A stretch of 64,000 nucleotides of DNA, taken from contig NC_081333.1 of assembly GCF_022539665.2 (NCBI RefSeq), positions 1 through 64,000 of the forward strand. Reading direction: 5' to 3'. Under the pieces are notes generated by a model. The model ran no database searches and had not been told where the DNA came from. It was given only the letters and a program-made list of their open reading frames with translations. Origin of the DNA: Daphnia carinata. Lineage: Eukaryota. This document shows, piece by piece, positions 11,288 through 25,100 of the stretch (the stretch's first letter is position 1; every line of letters begins with the position of its first letter). Made by a program: the position numbers and the translations under genes.

Positions 11288-14200
11288 ATGAATTCTATGC
11301 GAGATGTCAACCATATTGCCAAATTTAATGGGCAAAATTTCCCACTATGGAAACTTGGGCTCTGGATCCTACTCCAACAACACGAGCTGGTCAAAGTTGT
11401 AACTGGAGAGGAAACCGTCCCTGTTGAGGTACATTGTAACACAATTACACATTCCAACAGATGATCTTATTGTTTCCAATCGATTTGTAGACAACATCAG
11501 ATGGAACTGTTACTAATGCTGCTGCTATATCAGAATGGCATACCAAAGATACACTTGCCCGTGGATATCTAATATCCACTATTGAGAGCCAACAACAGAG
11601 ATCTCTGATCAATTGTAACACAGCCAACGAGATGTGGGTTCGTCTATCGGCTCAATACCTCAGGAATGCTGTCGAGAATCGTTACGTCCTACAAGCAAGA
11701 TTTTTCGAATACCGCTACAACCCCGACCATGATATTATGGCACACATCACAGAAATAGAAACAATGGCCACTCAACTCACAGACATCGGAGCAGAAATCG
11801 ATAGTATTTCTATTATAACCAAAATAATCTGTACGTTGCCACCCAGCTATCGGAGTTTCATTACGGCTTGGGACAGCGTCCCATTTACAGATAGAACAAT
11901 GGCCTTACTTACATCTCGGCTACTAAAAGAGGAAGAAATGGCCAAACGATGGAGCACCGGTCGTCCGGACGCCCAAGATGCTGCTTTCTTCGCACATCAC
12001 TTCCCATCTCACTCACAAGTTCCCAACTCCTCATATGTAACACGTGATCGTGAACGTGGAAGGCGTGGCAGTTCGGGCAACCGTTCTCATAGCAGACAAC
12101 AACTTTACAGATTCTGCACTTATCGTCGCTGCAACATCGCTGGACACACACTTGAAATTTGTCGAAAAAGAATCAGAGACGAACGAGAAGCATTAAGAAA
12201 CAAGAATAACTTCACTGCTACCCCTGCCGTTACAAACCAAGAAGAAGGAATAGTAAAGCACCACGAACAGCATCTCGAAGATGAGGCGTATCTATCTTCT
12301 TCATGTTTCACTGAACGAAGTGTTAAAGATTGGTTTGCAGATTCAGGATGCACACAGCATATGACCGACCAACGCTCCCTTTTCTGCAATTTCACTCCAA
12401 TCTTATCCGACACGTGGACTGTTAATGGAATTGGCTCTTCCCGTCTGCTTGTACGGGGATATGGAAATATTGAATTCATCGTAACGACTGGTGACACACA
12501 ACGAGTAATCAACATTGCCAAAGTCCTCTATGTACCACGTCTAGGTACCAATCTCATTTCTATTGCTGCAGTTACCGACGTAGGTCTGTCGGTCCACTTT
12601 GTTGAAACCAAAGTAACTTTTGAGAAAAATTTAGCCATCATCATGATGATAGGCGAACGAATCGGGAAGAGCCTCTATCATCTCTCAATAGTTCCAAAGC
12701 TATCAGATAATCAGCCCCTGAAGGAGTCAGCCTGTTTAGCAACTCCGTCACCAAACTCGATCACCATATGGCATCAAAGGCTGGCGCACGTAAGCTACAA
12801 AACTATTTTTAATATGGCAACAAAACAACTGGTCGACGGTCTTCATCTACCGAAAAACACCACCCCTCCAACTCAACCGTGCATAGGATGCATTTCTGGT
12901 AAAATGCAGCGTTCACCATTCCCAGTTGGACGGAGCAGAGCAAATGAAGTTGGACAACTGGTCCATTCCGATGTATGTGGCCCCATGCACATATCCACAC
13001 CGGGAGGGGCAAAGTTTTTTGTGCTGTTCACCGATGACTTCAGCGGGTGGCGAGCCGTTTACTTCCTAAAACAAAAGTCCGAGGTAGCCGAATCTTTCAA
13101 AAGCTTTGTGAGCGTTCTTCGTAGTGAAACAGGACGCCTCGTACACACACTGAGAGTGGATAACGGTGGCGAATTCATGAGTCATTCATTCAAAACCTGG
13201 CTATCAGACAAAGCCATCAGGATGGAATCCTCAGCACCCTATTCACCGGAGCAAAATGGAGTCTCGGAAAGAGCTAACCGCACGATCATGGAAGGTGGGC
13301 GCTCTCTAATTCACGCCAAACATCTACCATTGGAACTGTGGGGAGAAGCCATTGCCTGTACTGTATATGTTCTTAATCGTGTCAGCAATAGTACGTCTTC
13401 AACAACACCTTACCAAGCTTGGCATGGGGAAAAACCTAACATCTCTCATCTACGTATCTTTGGATCGCTTGCCTTTATTCACATTCCAAAAGTAGAAAGA
13501 CGCAAATTAGAATCCAAAAGCTTCCAGTGCTTCTTCGTTGGATACTCACTCACCCAAAAGGCATATCGATTTTGGGATCCAGTCGGTAGAAAAATTAAAA
13601 TAAGTCGGGACGTCATCTTTGATGAAAACTCTAACACTTTATCTCGTTTTTCTCCTCAAATAGAAACTAACAATTTCGATGAGCTTTTTTCAAGACCGGT
13701 CAACCTTACAACACCAGCCCAAGAGAAAATCAACCCTGTCATCATGATACCCCAGGTTTTAGAAGAAACCAAGAACGAAACAGAATCATCATCTATTACC
13801 CCGGAACTCTCAGGCAGTCCAGCAGCTAATCTACAGCACACCTCACACCAAGTGGAAGCCGAGTCCGACCCTTCTTCATCAAGCATAGAGACAATACTTA
13901 CCGAAACCAACACCCACAATGATGTACCCTCATCTATACGCTGCTCCCCATACCCTTTACGAGTGCGTGAGCCAAAACGCCAATGGAAATCTCTGCAGTC
14001 AACTGTCACTCAACGCACAGAAATTTACGAGCCAACTACCTATTCTGATGCGATGGAATGTGATGATGCACTTCAGTGGAAAGTGGCTATCCAAGATGAG
14101 TATGATTCGCTGATACGCAACGGGACATGGTATCTCTCTCCACTCCCACAGAATCGAAAAGCCATAAAATCACGCTGGGTGTTTAAAGTGAAACCGGGCA

Positions 14201-15582
14201 CCGTAGACTCCCCTCCACGTTACAAAGCAAGATTAGTTGCCAAGGGGTTCTCACAACGACCCGGGATCGACTTTGAAGAAACATTCTCGCCAGTTGTAAA
14301 ACATGATACACTTCGAATAATTTTATCTCTTGTCGCCAGTCTTGATTTAGATATGTCGCAGCTTGATGTCAAGACGGCGTTTCTATATGGGGAACTGGAC
14401 GAAGAAATTTATCTTCAACAACCCGAAGGATATATTTCCCCCGGTCAGGAAAACTATGTTTGTCGGCTACAGAAATGCCTGTACGGTCTTAAACAGGCCT
14501 CAAGAATATGGAATCGTCACTTTGATAGATTTTTGAAGAAATTTGGCTTACAATCTAGTAACGCAGACCCATGCCTTTACTCTCGCCGCAACAACAATGA
14601 AATCCTCTTTGTTGTCATCTGGGTTGACGATGGTCTTGTCATCAGCAACAATCGAAATCTGGTAACTGAAATAATTGATTACCTAAGCAAGATTTTTGAA
14701 ATGCGGTGCACTCCCGCTAACTACTTTGTCGGTATGTCCATCAATCGAAGCCGAAAAGACAAAACCTTATTCATTTCACAACCAGATTACATTAAAAAAA
14801 TCCTTAATCGTTTCCACATGACAGACTGCCATCCTAAAAATATTCCAGCACAACCCGGATACCACCTGACTCAAAATGTTGGAGAGGAGTTTCTAAGCAA
14901 CGTGCCATACAGGGAAGCGGTCGGGAGTCTAATTTACCTGGCGATAGTATCTCGCCCAGACATCTCATTTGCTGTTGGCCAAGTGGCACAATTTTCAGAA
15001 AACCCACAACAACATCACTGGGCAGCAGTTCGGAGAATATTTGCATATCTCAAAGGTACACAGGAACATGGAATTCGCTTCGGCCCGACAAACGACCGCT
15101 TAATTGGATACACTGATTCGGATTTCGCTGGGGATACGGCAAGCCGAAGATCAACCACGGCATTTATTTTTCTTCTTAACGGCGGACCAGTAGCATGGAC
15201 TAGCCGTCGCCAATCTTGCGTTGCATTGTCCTCCACGGAATCTGAATTTGTAGCTGCCTGTGAGGCCACGAAGGAAGCAGTCTGGCTCAAACGCCTGATG
15301 GAAGACATATCACCTGGATGGATTGAAACTATCCCCTTAATGTGTGACAATCAGTCAGCCATCCAACTCATCAAAAATCCGGTTTTCCACCAAAGGACCA
15401 AACACATTGATGTAAAATATTACTTCATTCGCGATCGACAAGAAACCGGCGACATTAACATCTCGTATATATCCACAAACGATCAGCTTGCGGATCCCTT
15501 GACTAAGAATCTACCTAATCCCCGTTTTTCGGCACTACGGGAATTAATGGGAATTGTACCTGTCCCACCAAAACTAAACTAA
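11288..15582 (+). CDS. Copia Gag-Pol polyprotein; exon 1 11288-11428, intron 11429-11490, exon 2 11491-15582
   Basis: Exon 1 MNSMRDVNHIAKFNGQNFPLWK... is a typical copia Gag N-terminus and joins in phase 0 to TTSDG...EMW. Motifs: protease WFADSGCTQHM, WHQRLAH, integrase VHSDVCGP/DNGGEF/QNGVSER, RT WVDDGL, RNase H YTDSDFAG. Confidence 0.92.
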
Positions 15583-15796
15583 TTTCTTTTTTATTATTTT
15601 AGATGGTGGTAGAATCCATATAACAGAAGTACAACTATATATGCTATCACCATCACTGAAGCAGTATCAATTCAATTCAAAGAATCAAGAAGAAGATCTA
15701 CTCACCTCACTATTATTTGCATTATTTCTTTCTTCTCTGTTGTCTTTTTCAACTTTGAGTTTGTGTTCTTGTGTTCTCTTCCATTCTTACATGTCT

Positions 15797-15805
15797 GAGA
15801 GGGAG
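15797..15805 (+). promoter_or_regulatory. Polypurine tract GAGAGGGAG
   Basis: Directly precedes the TG of the 3' LTR. Confidence 0.9.
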
Positions 15806-16158
15806 TGTTAAGAATATCAGCCACGTCACAACGCATCGCCCACCAGATGGCACTGAATGCAATAGAGAAGCTGCCGTTCTCTACACAGCCTTCATGGATG
15901 CTGTTAAACACCTCCCCTGTCTACTTAATCATCGTCTGCTGCGCCGTCATCACGCTCTGTCTGACGGCTGCCCCTTTATCTCTCAAGTGATTTATTTCTC
16001 TAGAACTAACGCTGAGTTCACTTTCTCAATACTCACATGGTAAATATCAAATACTTCATATTGTATGTACATTGATGCAGATATGAGATTGTTAGATATT
16101 TCATGTACCTGTGCAAAGAATACAGAAGCCTCGCTCTCATATCCTTGTGTATCTAACA
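15806..16158 (+). repeat. Copia 3' LTR (353 bp)
   Basis: Direct repeat of 10903-11249, followed by the ACTGT TSD. Confidence 0.97.
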
Positions 16159-19100
16159 ACTGTATCACACTATATTCACATTGAATACACGTATATTTGA
16201 TGCTGTTTGAATGTAGATATTAAAACTCACTGTATCACACTATATTCACATTGAATACACGTATATTTGATGCTGTTTGAATGTAGATATTGAAAATCAC
16301 TGTATCACACTATATTCACATTGAATACACGTATATTTGATTCTGTTTGAATGTAGATATTGAAACTCACTGTATCACACTATATTCACATTGAATACAC
16401 GTATATTTGATGCTGTTTGAATGTAGATAATGAAACTGATTCTATAACACTATATTCTCATTGAATACACGTATATTTGATGCTGTTTGAATGTAGATCA
16501 TAAACTGATTCTATAACACTATATTCACATTGAATACACGTATATTTGATGCTGTTTGAATGTAGATCATGAAACTGATTCTATAACACTATATTCACAT
16601 TAAATACACGTATATTTGATGCTGTTTGAATGTAGATATTGAAACTCACTGTATCACACTATATTCACATTGAATACACGTATATTTGATGCTGTTTGAA
16701 TGTAGATATTGAAACTCACTGTATCACACTATATTCACATTGAATACACGTATATTTGATGCTGTTTGAATGTAGATCATGAAACTGATTCTATAACACT
16801 ATATTCACATTAAATACACGTATATTTGATAATGTTTGAATGTAGATATTGAAACTCACTGTATCACACTATATTCACATTGAATACACGTATATTTGAT
16901 GCTGTTTGAATGTAGATATTGAAACTCACTGTATCACACTATATTCACATTGAATACACGTATATTTGATGCTGTTTGAATGTAGATATTGAAACTCACT
17001 GTATCACACTATATTCACTTTGAATACACGTATATTTGATGCTGTTTGAATGTAGATCATGAAATTGATTCTATAACACTATATTCACATTGAATACACG
17101 TATATTTGATGCTGTTTGAATGTAGATCATGAAACTGATTCTATATCACTATATTCACATTGAATACACGTATATTTGATGCTGTTTGAATGTAGATATT
17201 GAAACTCACTGTATCACACTATATTCACATTGAATACACGTATATTTGATGCTGTTTGAATGTAGATAATGAAACTGCTTCTATAACACTATATTCACAT
17301 TGAATACACGTATATTTGATGCTGTTTGAATATAGATCATGAAACTGATTCTATAACACTATATTCACATTGAATACACGTATATTTGATGCTGTTTGAA
17401 TGTAGATCATGAAACTGATTCTATAACACTATATTCACATTGAATACACGTATATTTGATGCTGTTTGAATGTAGATATTGAAACTGATTCTATAACACT
17501 ATATTCACATTGAATACACGTATATTTGATGCTGTTTGAATGTAGATATTGAAACTGATTCTATAACACTATATTCACATTGAATACACGTATATTTGAT
17601 GCTGTTTGAATGTAGATATTGAAACTCACTGTATCACACTATATTCACATTGAATACACGTATATTTGATGCTGTTTGAATGTAGATCATGAAACTGATT
17701 CTATAACACTATATTCACATTGAATACACGTATATTTGATGCTGTTTGAATGTAGATATTGAAACTCACTGTATCACACTATATTCACATTGAATACACG
17801 TATATTTGATGCTGTTTGAATGTAGATATTGAAACTCATTGTATCACACTATATTCACATTGAATACACGTATATTTGATGCTGTTTGAATGTAGATATT
17901 GAAACTGATTGTATCACACTATATTCACATTGAATACACGTATATTTGATGCTGTTTGAATGTAGATATGAAACTGATTCTATAACACTATATTCACATT
18001 GAATACACGTATATTTGATGCTGTTTGAATGTAGATATTGAAACTCATTGTATCACACTATATTCACATTGAATACACGTATATTTGATGCTGTTTGAAT
18101 GTAGATATTGAAACTGATTGTATCACACTATATTCACATTGAATACACGTATATTTGATGCTGTTTGAATGTAGATATTGACTACACTATATTCACTTGA
18201 ATACACGTATATTTGATGCTGTTTGAATGTAGATATTGAAACTGATTCTATAACACTATATTCACATTGAATACACGTATATTTGATGCTGTTTGAATGT
18301 AGATATTGAAACTGATTCTATAACACTATATTCACATTGAATACACGTATATTTGATGCTGTTTGAATGTAGATATTGAAACTGATTCTATAACACTATA
18401 TTCACATTGAATACACGTATATTTGATGCTGTTTGAATGTAGATATTGAAACTGATTCTATAACACTATATTCACATTGAATACACGTATATTTGATGCT
18501 GTTTGAATGTAGATATTGAAACTGATTCTATAACACTATATTCACATTGAATACACGTATATTTGATGCTGTTTGAATGTAGATCATGAAACTGATTCTA
18601 TAACACTATATTCACATTGAATACACGTATATTTGATGCTGTTTGAATGTAGATATTGAAACTGATTGTATAACACTATATTCACATTGAATACACGTAT
18701 ATTTGATGCTGTTTGAATGTAGATATTGAAACTGATTCTATAACACTATATTCACATTGAATACACGTATATTTGATGCTGTTTGAATGTAGATATTGAA
18801 ACTGATTCTATAACACTATATTCACATTGAATACACGTATATTTGATGCTGTTTGAATGTAGATATTGAAACTGATTCTATAACACTATATTCACATTGA
18901 ATACACGTATATTTGATGCTGTTTGAATGTAGATATTGAAACTGATTCTATAACACTATATTCACATTGAATACACGTATATTTGATGCTGTTTGAATGT
19001 AGATATTGAAACTGATTCTATAACACTATATTCACATTGAATACACGTATATTTGATGCTGTTTGAATGTAGATATTGAAACTGATTCTATAACACTATA

Positions 19101-22100
19101 TTCACATTGAATACACGTATATTTGATGCTGTTTGAATGTAGATATTGAAACTGATTCTATATCACACTATATTCACATTGATACACGTATATTTGATGC
19201 TGTTTGAATGTAGATATGAAACTGATTCTATAACACTATATTCACATTGAATACACGTATATTTGATGCTGTTTGAATGTAGATATGAAACTGATTCTAT
19301 AACACTATATTCACATTGAATACACGTATATTTGATGCTGTTTGAATGTAGATATTGAAACTGATTCTATAACACTATATTCACATTGAATACACGTATA
19401 TTTGATGCTGTTTGAATGTAGATATGAAACTGATTCTATAACACTATATTCACATTGAATACACGTATATTTGATGCTGTTTGAATGTAGATATTGAAAC
19501 TGATTCTATAACACTATATTCACATTGAATACACGTATATTTGATGCTGTTTGAATGTAGATATTGAAACTGATTCTATCACACTATATTCACATTGAAT
19601 ACACGTATATTTGATGCTGTTTGAATGTAGATATTGAAACTGATTCTATAACACTATATTCACATTGAATACACGTATTTGATGCTGTTTGAATGTAGAT
19701 ATTGAAACTGATTCTATAACACTATATTCACATTGAATACACGTATATTTGATGCTGTTTGAATGTAGATATGAAACTGATTCTATAACACTATATTCAC
19801 ATTGAATACACGTATATTTGATGCTGTTTGAATGTAGATATGAAACTGATTCTATAACACTATATTCACATTGAATACACGTATATTTGATGCTGTTTGA
19901 ATGTAGATCATGAAACTGATTCTATAACACTATATTCACATTGAATACACGTATATTTGATGCTGTTTGAATGTAGATATTGAAACTGATTCTATAACAC
20001 TATATTCACATTGAATACACGTATATTTGATGCTGTTTGAATGTAGATATGAAACTGATTCTATAACACTATATTCACATTGAATACACGTATATTTGAT
20101 GCTGTTTGAATGTAGATATGAAACTGATTCTATAACACTATATTCACATTGAATACACGTATATTTGATGCTGTTTTGTAGATATTGAAACTGATTCTAT
20201 AACACTATATTCACATTGAATACACGTATATTTGATGCTGTTTGAATGTAGATATGAAACTGATTCTATAACACTATATTCACATTGAATACACGTATAT
20301 TTGATGCTGTTTGAATGTAGATATGAAACTGATTCTATAACACTATATTCACATTGAATACACGTATATTTGATGCTGTTTGAATGTAGATATGAAACTG
20401 ATTCTATAACACTATATTCACATTGAATACACGTATATTTGATGCTGTTTGAATGTAGATATGAAACTGATTCTATAACACTATATTCACATTGAATACA
20501 CGTATATTTGATGCTGTTTGAATGTAGATATGGTAACTTATTGTATCACACTATATTCACAATGAATACACGTATATTTGATGCTGTTTGAATGTAGATC
20601 ATGAAACTGATTCTATAACACTATATTCACATTGAATACACGTATATTTGATGCTGTTTGAATGTAGTTGAATGTAGATATGAAACTGATTCTATAACAC
20701 TATATTCACATTGAATACACGTATATTTGATGCTGTTTGAATGTAGATATGAAACTGATTCTATAACACTATATTCACATTGAATACACGTATATTTGAT
20801 GCTGTTTGAATGTAGATATGAAACTGATTCTATAACACTATATTCACATTGAATACACGTATATTTGATGCTGTTTGAATGTAGATCATGAAACTGATTC
20901 TATAACACTATATTCACATTGAATACACGTATATTTGATGCTGTTTGAATGTAGATATGAAACTGATTCTATAACACTATATTCACATTGAATACACGTA
21001 TATTTGATGCTGTTTGAATGTAGATCATGAAACTGATTCTATAACACTATATTCACATTGAATACACGTATATTTGATGCTGTTTGAATGTAGATATGAA
21101 ACTGATTCTATAACACTATATTCACATTGAATACACGTATATTTGATGCTGTTTGAATGTAGATATGAAACTCATGAAACTGATTCTATAACACTATATT
21201 CACATTGAATACACGTATATTTGATGCTGTTTGAATGTAGATATGGAAACTTATTCTATCACACTATATTCACATTGAATACACGTATATTTGATGCTGT
21301 TTGAATGTAGATCATGAAACTGATTCTATAACACTATATTCACATTGAATACACGTATATTTGATGCTGTTTGAATGTAGATATGAAACTGATTCTATAA
21401 CACTATATTCACATTGAATACACGTATATTTGATGCTGTTTGAATGTAGATATGGTAACTTATTGTATCACACTATATTCACAATGAATACACGTATATT
21501 TGATGCTGTTTGAATGTAGATCATGAAACTGATTCTATAACACTATATTCACATTGAATACACGTATATTTGATGCTGTTTGAATGTAGATATGAAACTG
21601 ATTCTATAACACTATATTCACATTGAATACACGTATATTTGATGCTGTTTGAATGTAGATATGAAACTGATTCTATAACACTATATTCACATTGATTACA
21701 CGTATATTTGATGCTGTTTGAATGTAGATCATGAAACTGATTCTATAACACTATATTCACATTGAATACACGTATATTTGATGCTGTTTGAATGTAGATA
21801 TGAAACTGATTCTATAACACTATATTCACATTGAATACACGTATATTTGATGCTGTTTGAATGTAGATCATTGAAACTGATTCTATAACACTATATTCAC
21901 ATTGAATACACGTATATTTGATGCTGTTTGAATGTAGATATGAAACTTATTGTATAACACTATATTCACATTGAATACACGTATATTTGATGCTGTTTGA
22001 ATGTAGATCATGAAACTGATTCTATAACACTATATTCACATTGAATACACGTATATTTGATGCTGTTTGAATTACACGTATATTTGATGCTGTTTGAATG

Positions 22101-25100
22101 TAGATATGAAACTGATTCTATAACACTATATTCACATTGAATACACGTATATTTGATGCTGTTTGAATGTAGATCATGAAACTGATTCTATAACACTATA
22201 TTCACATTGAATACACGTATATTTGATGCTGTTTGAATGTAGATCATGAAACTGATTCTATAACACTATATTCACATTGAATACACGTATATTTGATGCT
22301 GTTTCAATGTAGATATGGTAAATTATTGTATCACACTATATTCACAATGAATACACGTATATTTGACGCTGTTTGAATGTATTTGATGCTGTTTGAATGT
22401 AGATATGAAACTGATTCTATAACACTATATTCACATTGAATACACGTATATTTGATGCTGTTTGAATGTAGATATGAAACTGATTCTATAACACTATATT
22501 CACATTGAATACACGTATATTTGATGCTGTTTGAATGTAGATATGAAACTGATTCTATAACACTATATTCACATTGAATACACGTATATTTGATGCTGTT
22601 TGAATGTAGATCATGAAACTGATTCTATAACACTATATTCACATTGAATACACGTATATTTGATGCTGTTTGAATGTAGATATGAAACTGATTCTATAAC
22701 ACTATATTCACATTGAATACACGTATATTTGATGCTGTTTGAATGTAGATATGAAACTGATTCTATAACACTATATTCACATTGAATACACGTATATTTG
22801 ATGCTGTTTGAATGTAGATATGAAACTGATTCTATAACACTATATTCACATTGAATACACGTATATTTGATGCTGTTTGAATGTAGATATGAAACTGATT
22901 CTATAACACTATATTCACATTGAATACACGTATATTTGATGCTGTTTGAATGTAGATATGAAACTGATTCTATAACACTATATTCACATTGAATACACGT
23001 ATATTTGATGCTGTTTGAATGTAGATATTGAAACTGATTCTATAACACTATATTCACATTGAATACACGTATATTTGATGCTGTTTGAATGTAGATATGA
23101 AACTGATTCTATAACACTATATTCACATTGAATACACGTATATTTGATGCTGTTTGAATGTAGATCATGAAACTGATTCTATAACACTATATTCACATTG
23201 AATACACGTATATTTGATGCTGTTTGAATGTAGATATGAAACTGATTCTATAACACTATATTCACATTGAATACACGTATATTTGATGCTGTTTGAATGT
23301 AGATATGAAACTGATTCTATAACACTATATTCACATTGAATACACGTATATTTGATGCTGTTTGAATGTAGATATGAAACTGATTCTATAACACTATATT
23401 CACATTGAATACACGTATATTTGATGCTGTTTGAATGTAGATATTGAAACTGATTCTATAACACTATATTCACATTGAATACACGTATATTTGATGCTGT
23501 TTGAATGTAGATCATGAAACTGATTCTATAACACTATATTCACATTGAATACACGTATATTTGATGCTGTTTGAATGTAGATATGAAACTGATTCTATAA
23601 CACTATATTCACATTGAATACACGTATATTTGATGCTGTTTGAATGTAGATATGAAACTGATTCTATAACACTATATTCACATTGAATACACGTATATTT
23701 GATGCTGTTTGAATGTAGATATGAAACTGATTCTATAACACTATATTCACATTGAATACACGTATATTTGATGCTGTTTGAATGTAGATATGAAACTGAT
23801 TCTATAACACTATATTCACATTGAATACACGTATATTTGATGTTTGAATGTACACTATATTCACATTGAATACACGTATATTTGATGCTGTTTGAATGTA
23901 GATCATGAAACTGATTCTATATCACTATATTCACATTGAATACACGTATATTTGATGCTGTTTGAATGTAGATCATGAAACTGATTCTATAACACTATAT
24001 TCACATTGAATACACGTATATTTGATGCTGTTTGAATGTAGATATGAAACTGATTCTATAACACTATATTCACATTGAATACACGTATATTTGATGCTGT
24101 TTGAATGTAGATATTGAAACTGATTGTATCAACACTATATTCACATTGAATACACGTATATTTGATGCTGTTTGAATGTAGATATGAAACTGATTCTATA
24201 ACACTATATTCACATTGAATACACGTATATTTGATGCTGTTTGAATGTAGATATTGAAACTGATTGTATCACACTATATTCACAATGAATCCACGTATAT
24301 TTGATGCTGTTTGAATGTAGATCATGAAACTGATTCTATAACACTATATTCACATTGAATACACGTATATTTGATGCTTACACGTATATTTGATGCTGTT
24401 TGAATGTAGATCATGAAACTGATTCTATAACACTATATTCACATTGAATACACGTATATTTGATGCTGTTTGAATGTAGATATTGAAACTTATTGTATTA
24501 CACTATATTCACAATGAATACACGTATATTTGATGCTGTTTGAATGTAGATATTGAAACTGATTCTATAACACTATATTCACATTGAATACACGTATATT
24601 TGATGCTGTTTGAATGTAGATATGAAACTGATTCTATCACACTATATTCACATTGAATACACGTATATTTGATGCTGTTTGAATGTAGATATTGAAACTT
24701 ATTGTATCACACTATATTCACAATGAATACACTTATATTTGATGTTGTTTGAATGTAGATCATGAAACTGATTCTATAACACTATATTCACATTGAATAC
24801 ACGTATATTTGATGCTGTTTGAATGTAGATATTGAAACTGATTCTATAACACTATATTCACATTGAATACACGTATATTTGATGCTGTTTGAATGTAGAT
24901 CATGAAACTGATTCTATAACACTATATTCACATTGAATACACGTATATTTGATGCTGTTTGAATGTAGATATTGAAACTGATTCTATAACACTATATTCA
25001 CATTGAATACACGTATATTTGATGCTGTTTGAATGTAGATCATGAAACTGATTCTATAACACTATATTCACATTGAATACACGTATATTTGATGCTGTTT

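Larger units (their letters stand above)
10903..16158 (+). mobile_element. Full-length Ty1/copia LTR retrotransposon
   Basis: Two near-identical TG...CA LTRs, PBS, PPT, gag-PR-IN-RT-RNaseH order, and 5-bp TSD ACTGT at 10898-10902 and 16159-16163. Confidence 0.98.

Noticed and set aside
19200..24200. Apparent 69-bp third satellite variant (GATATGAAAC) and truncated monomers
   Set aside because: Looks like a hybrid of the TATTG and TCATG variants and may be a consensus artefact in a collapsed array; cannot be trusted without reads.
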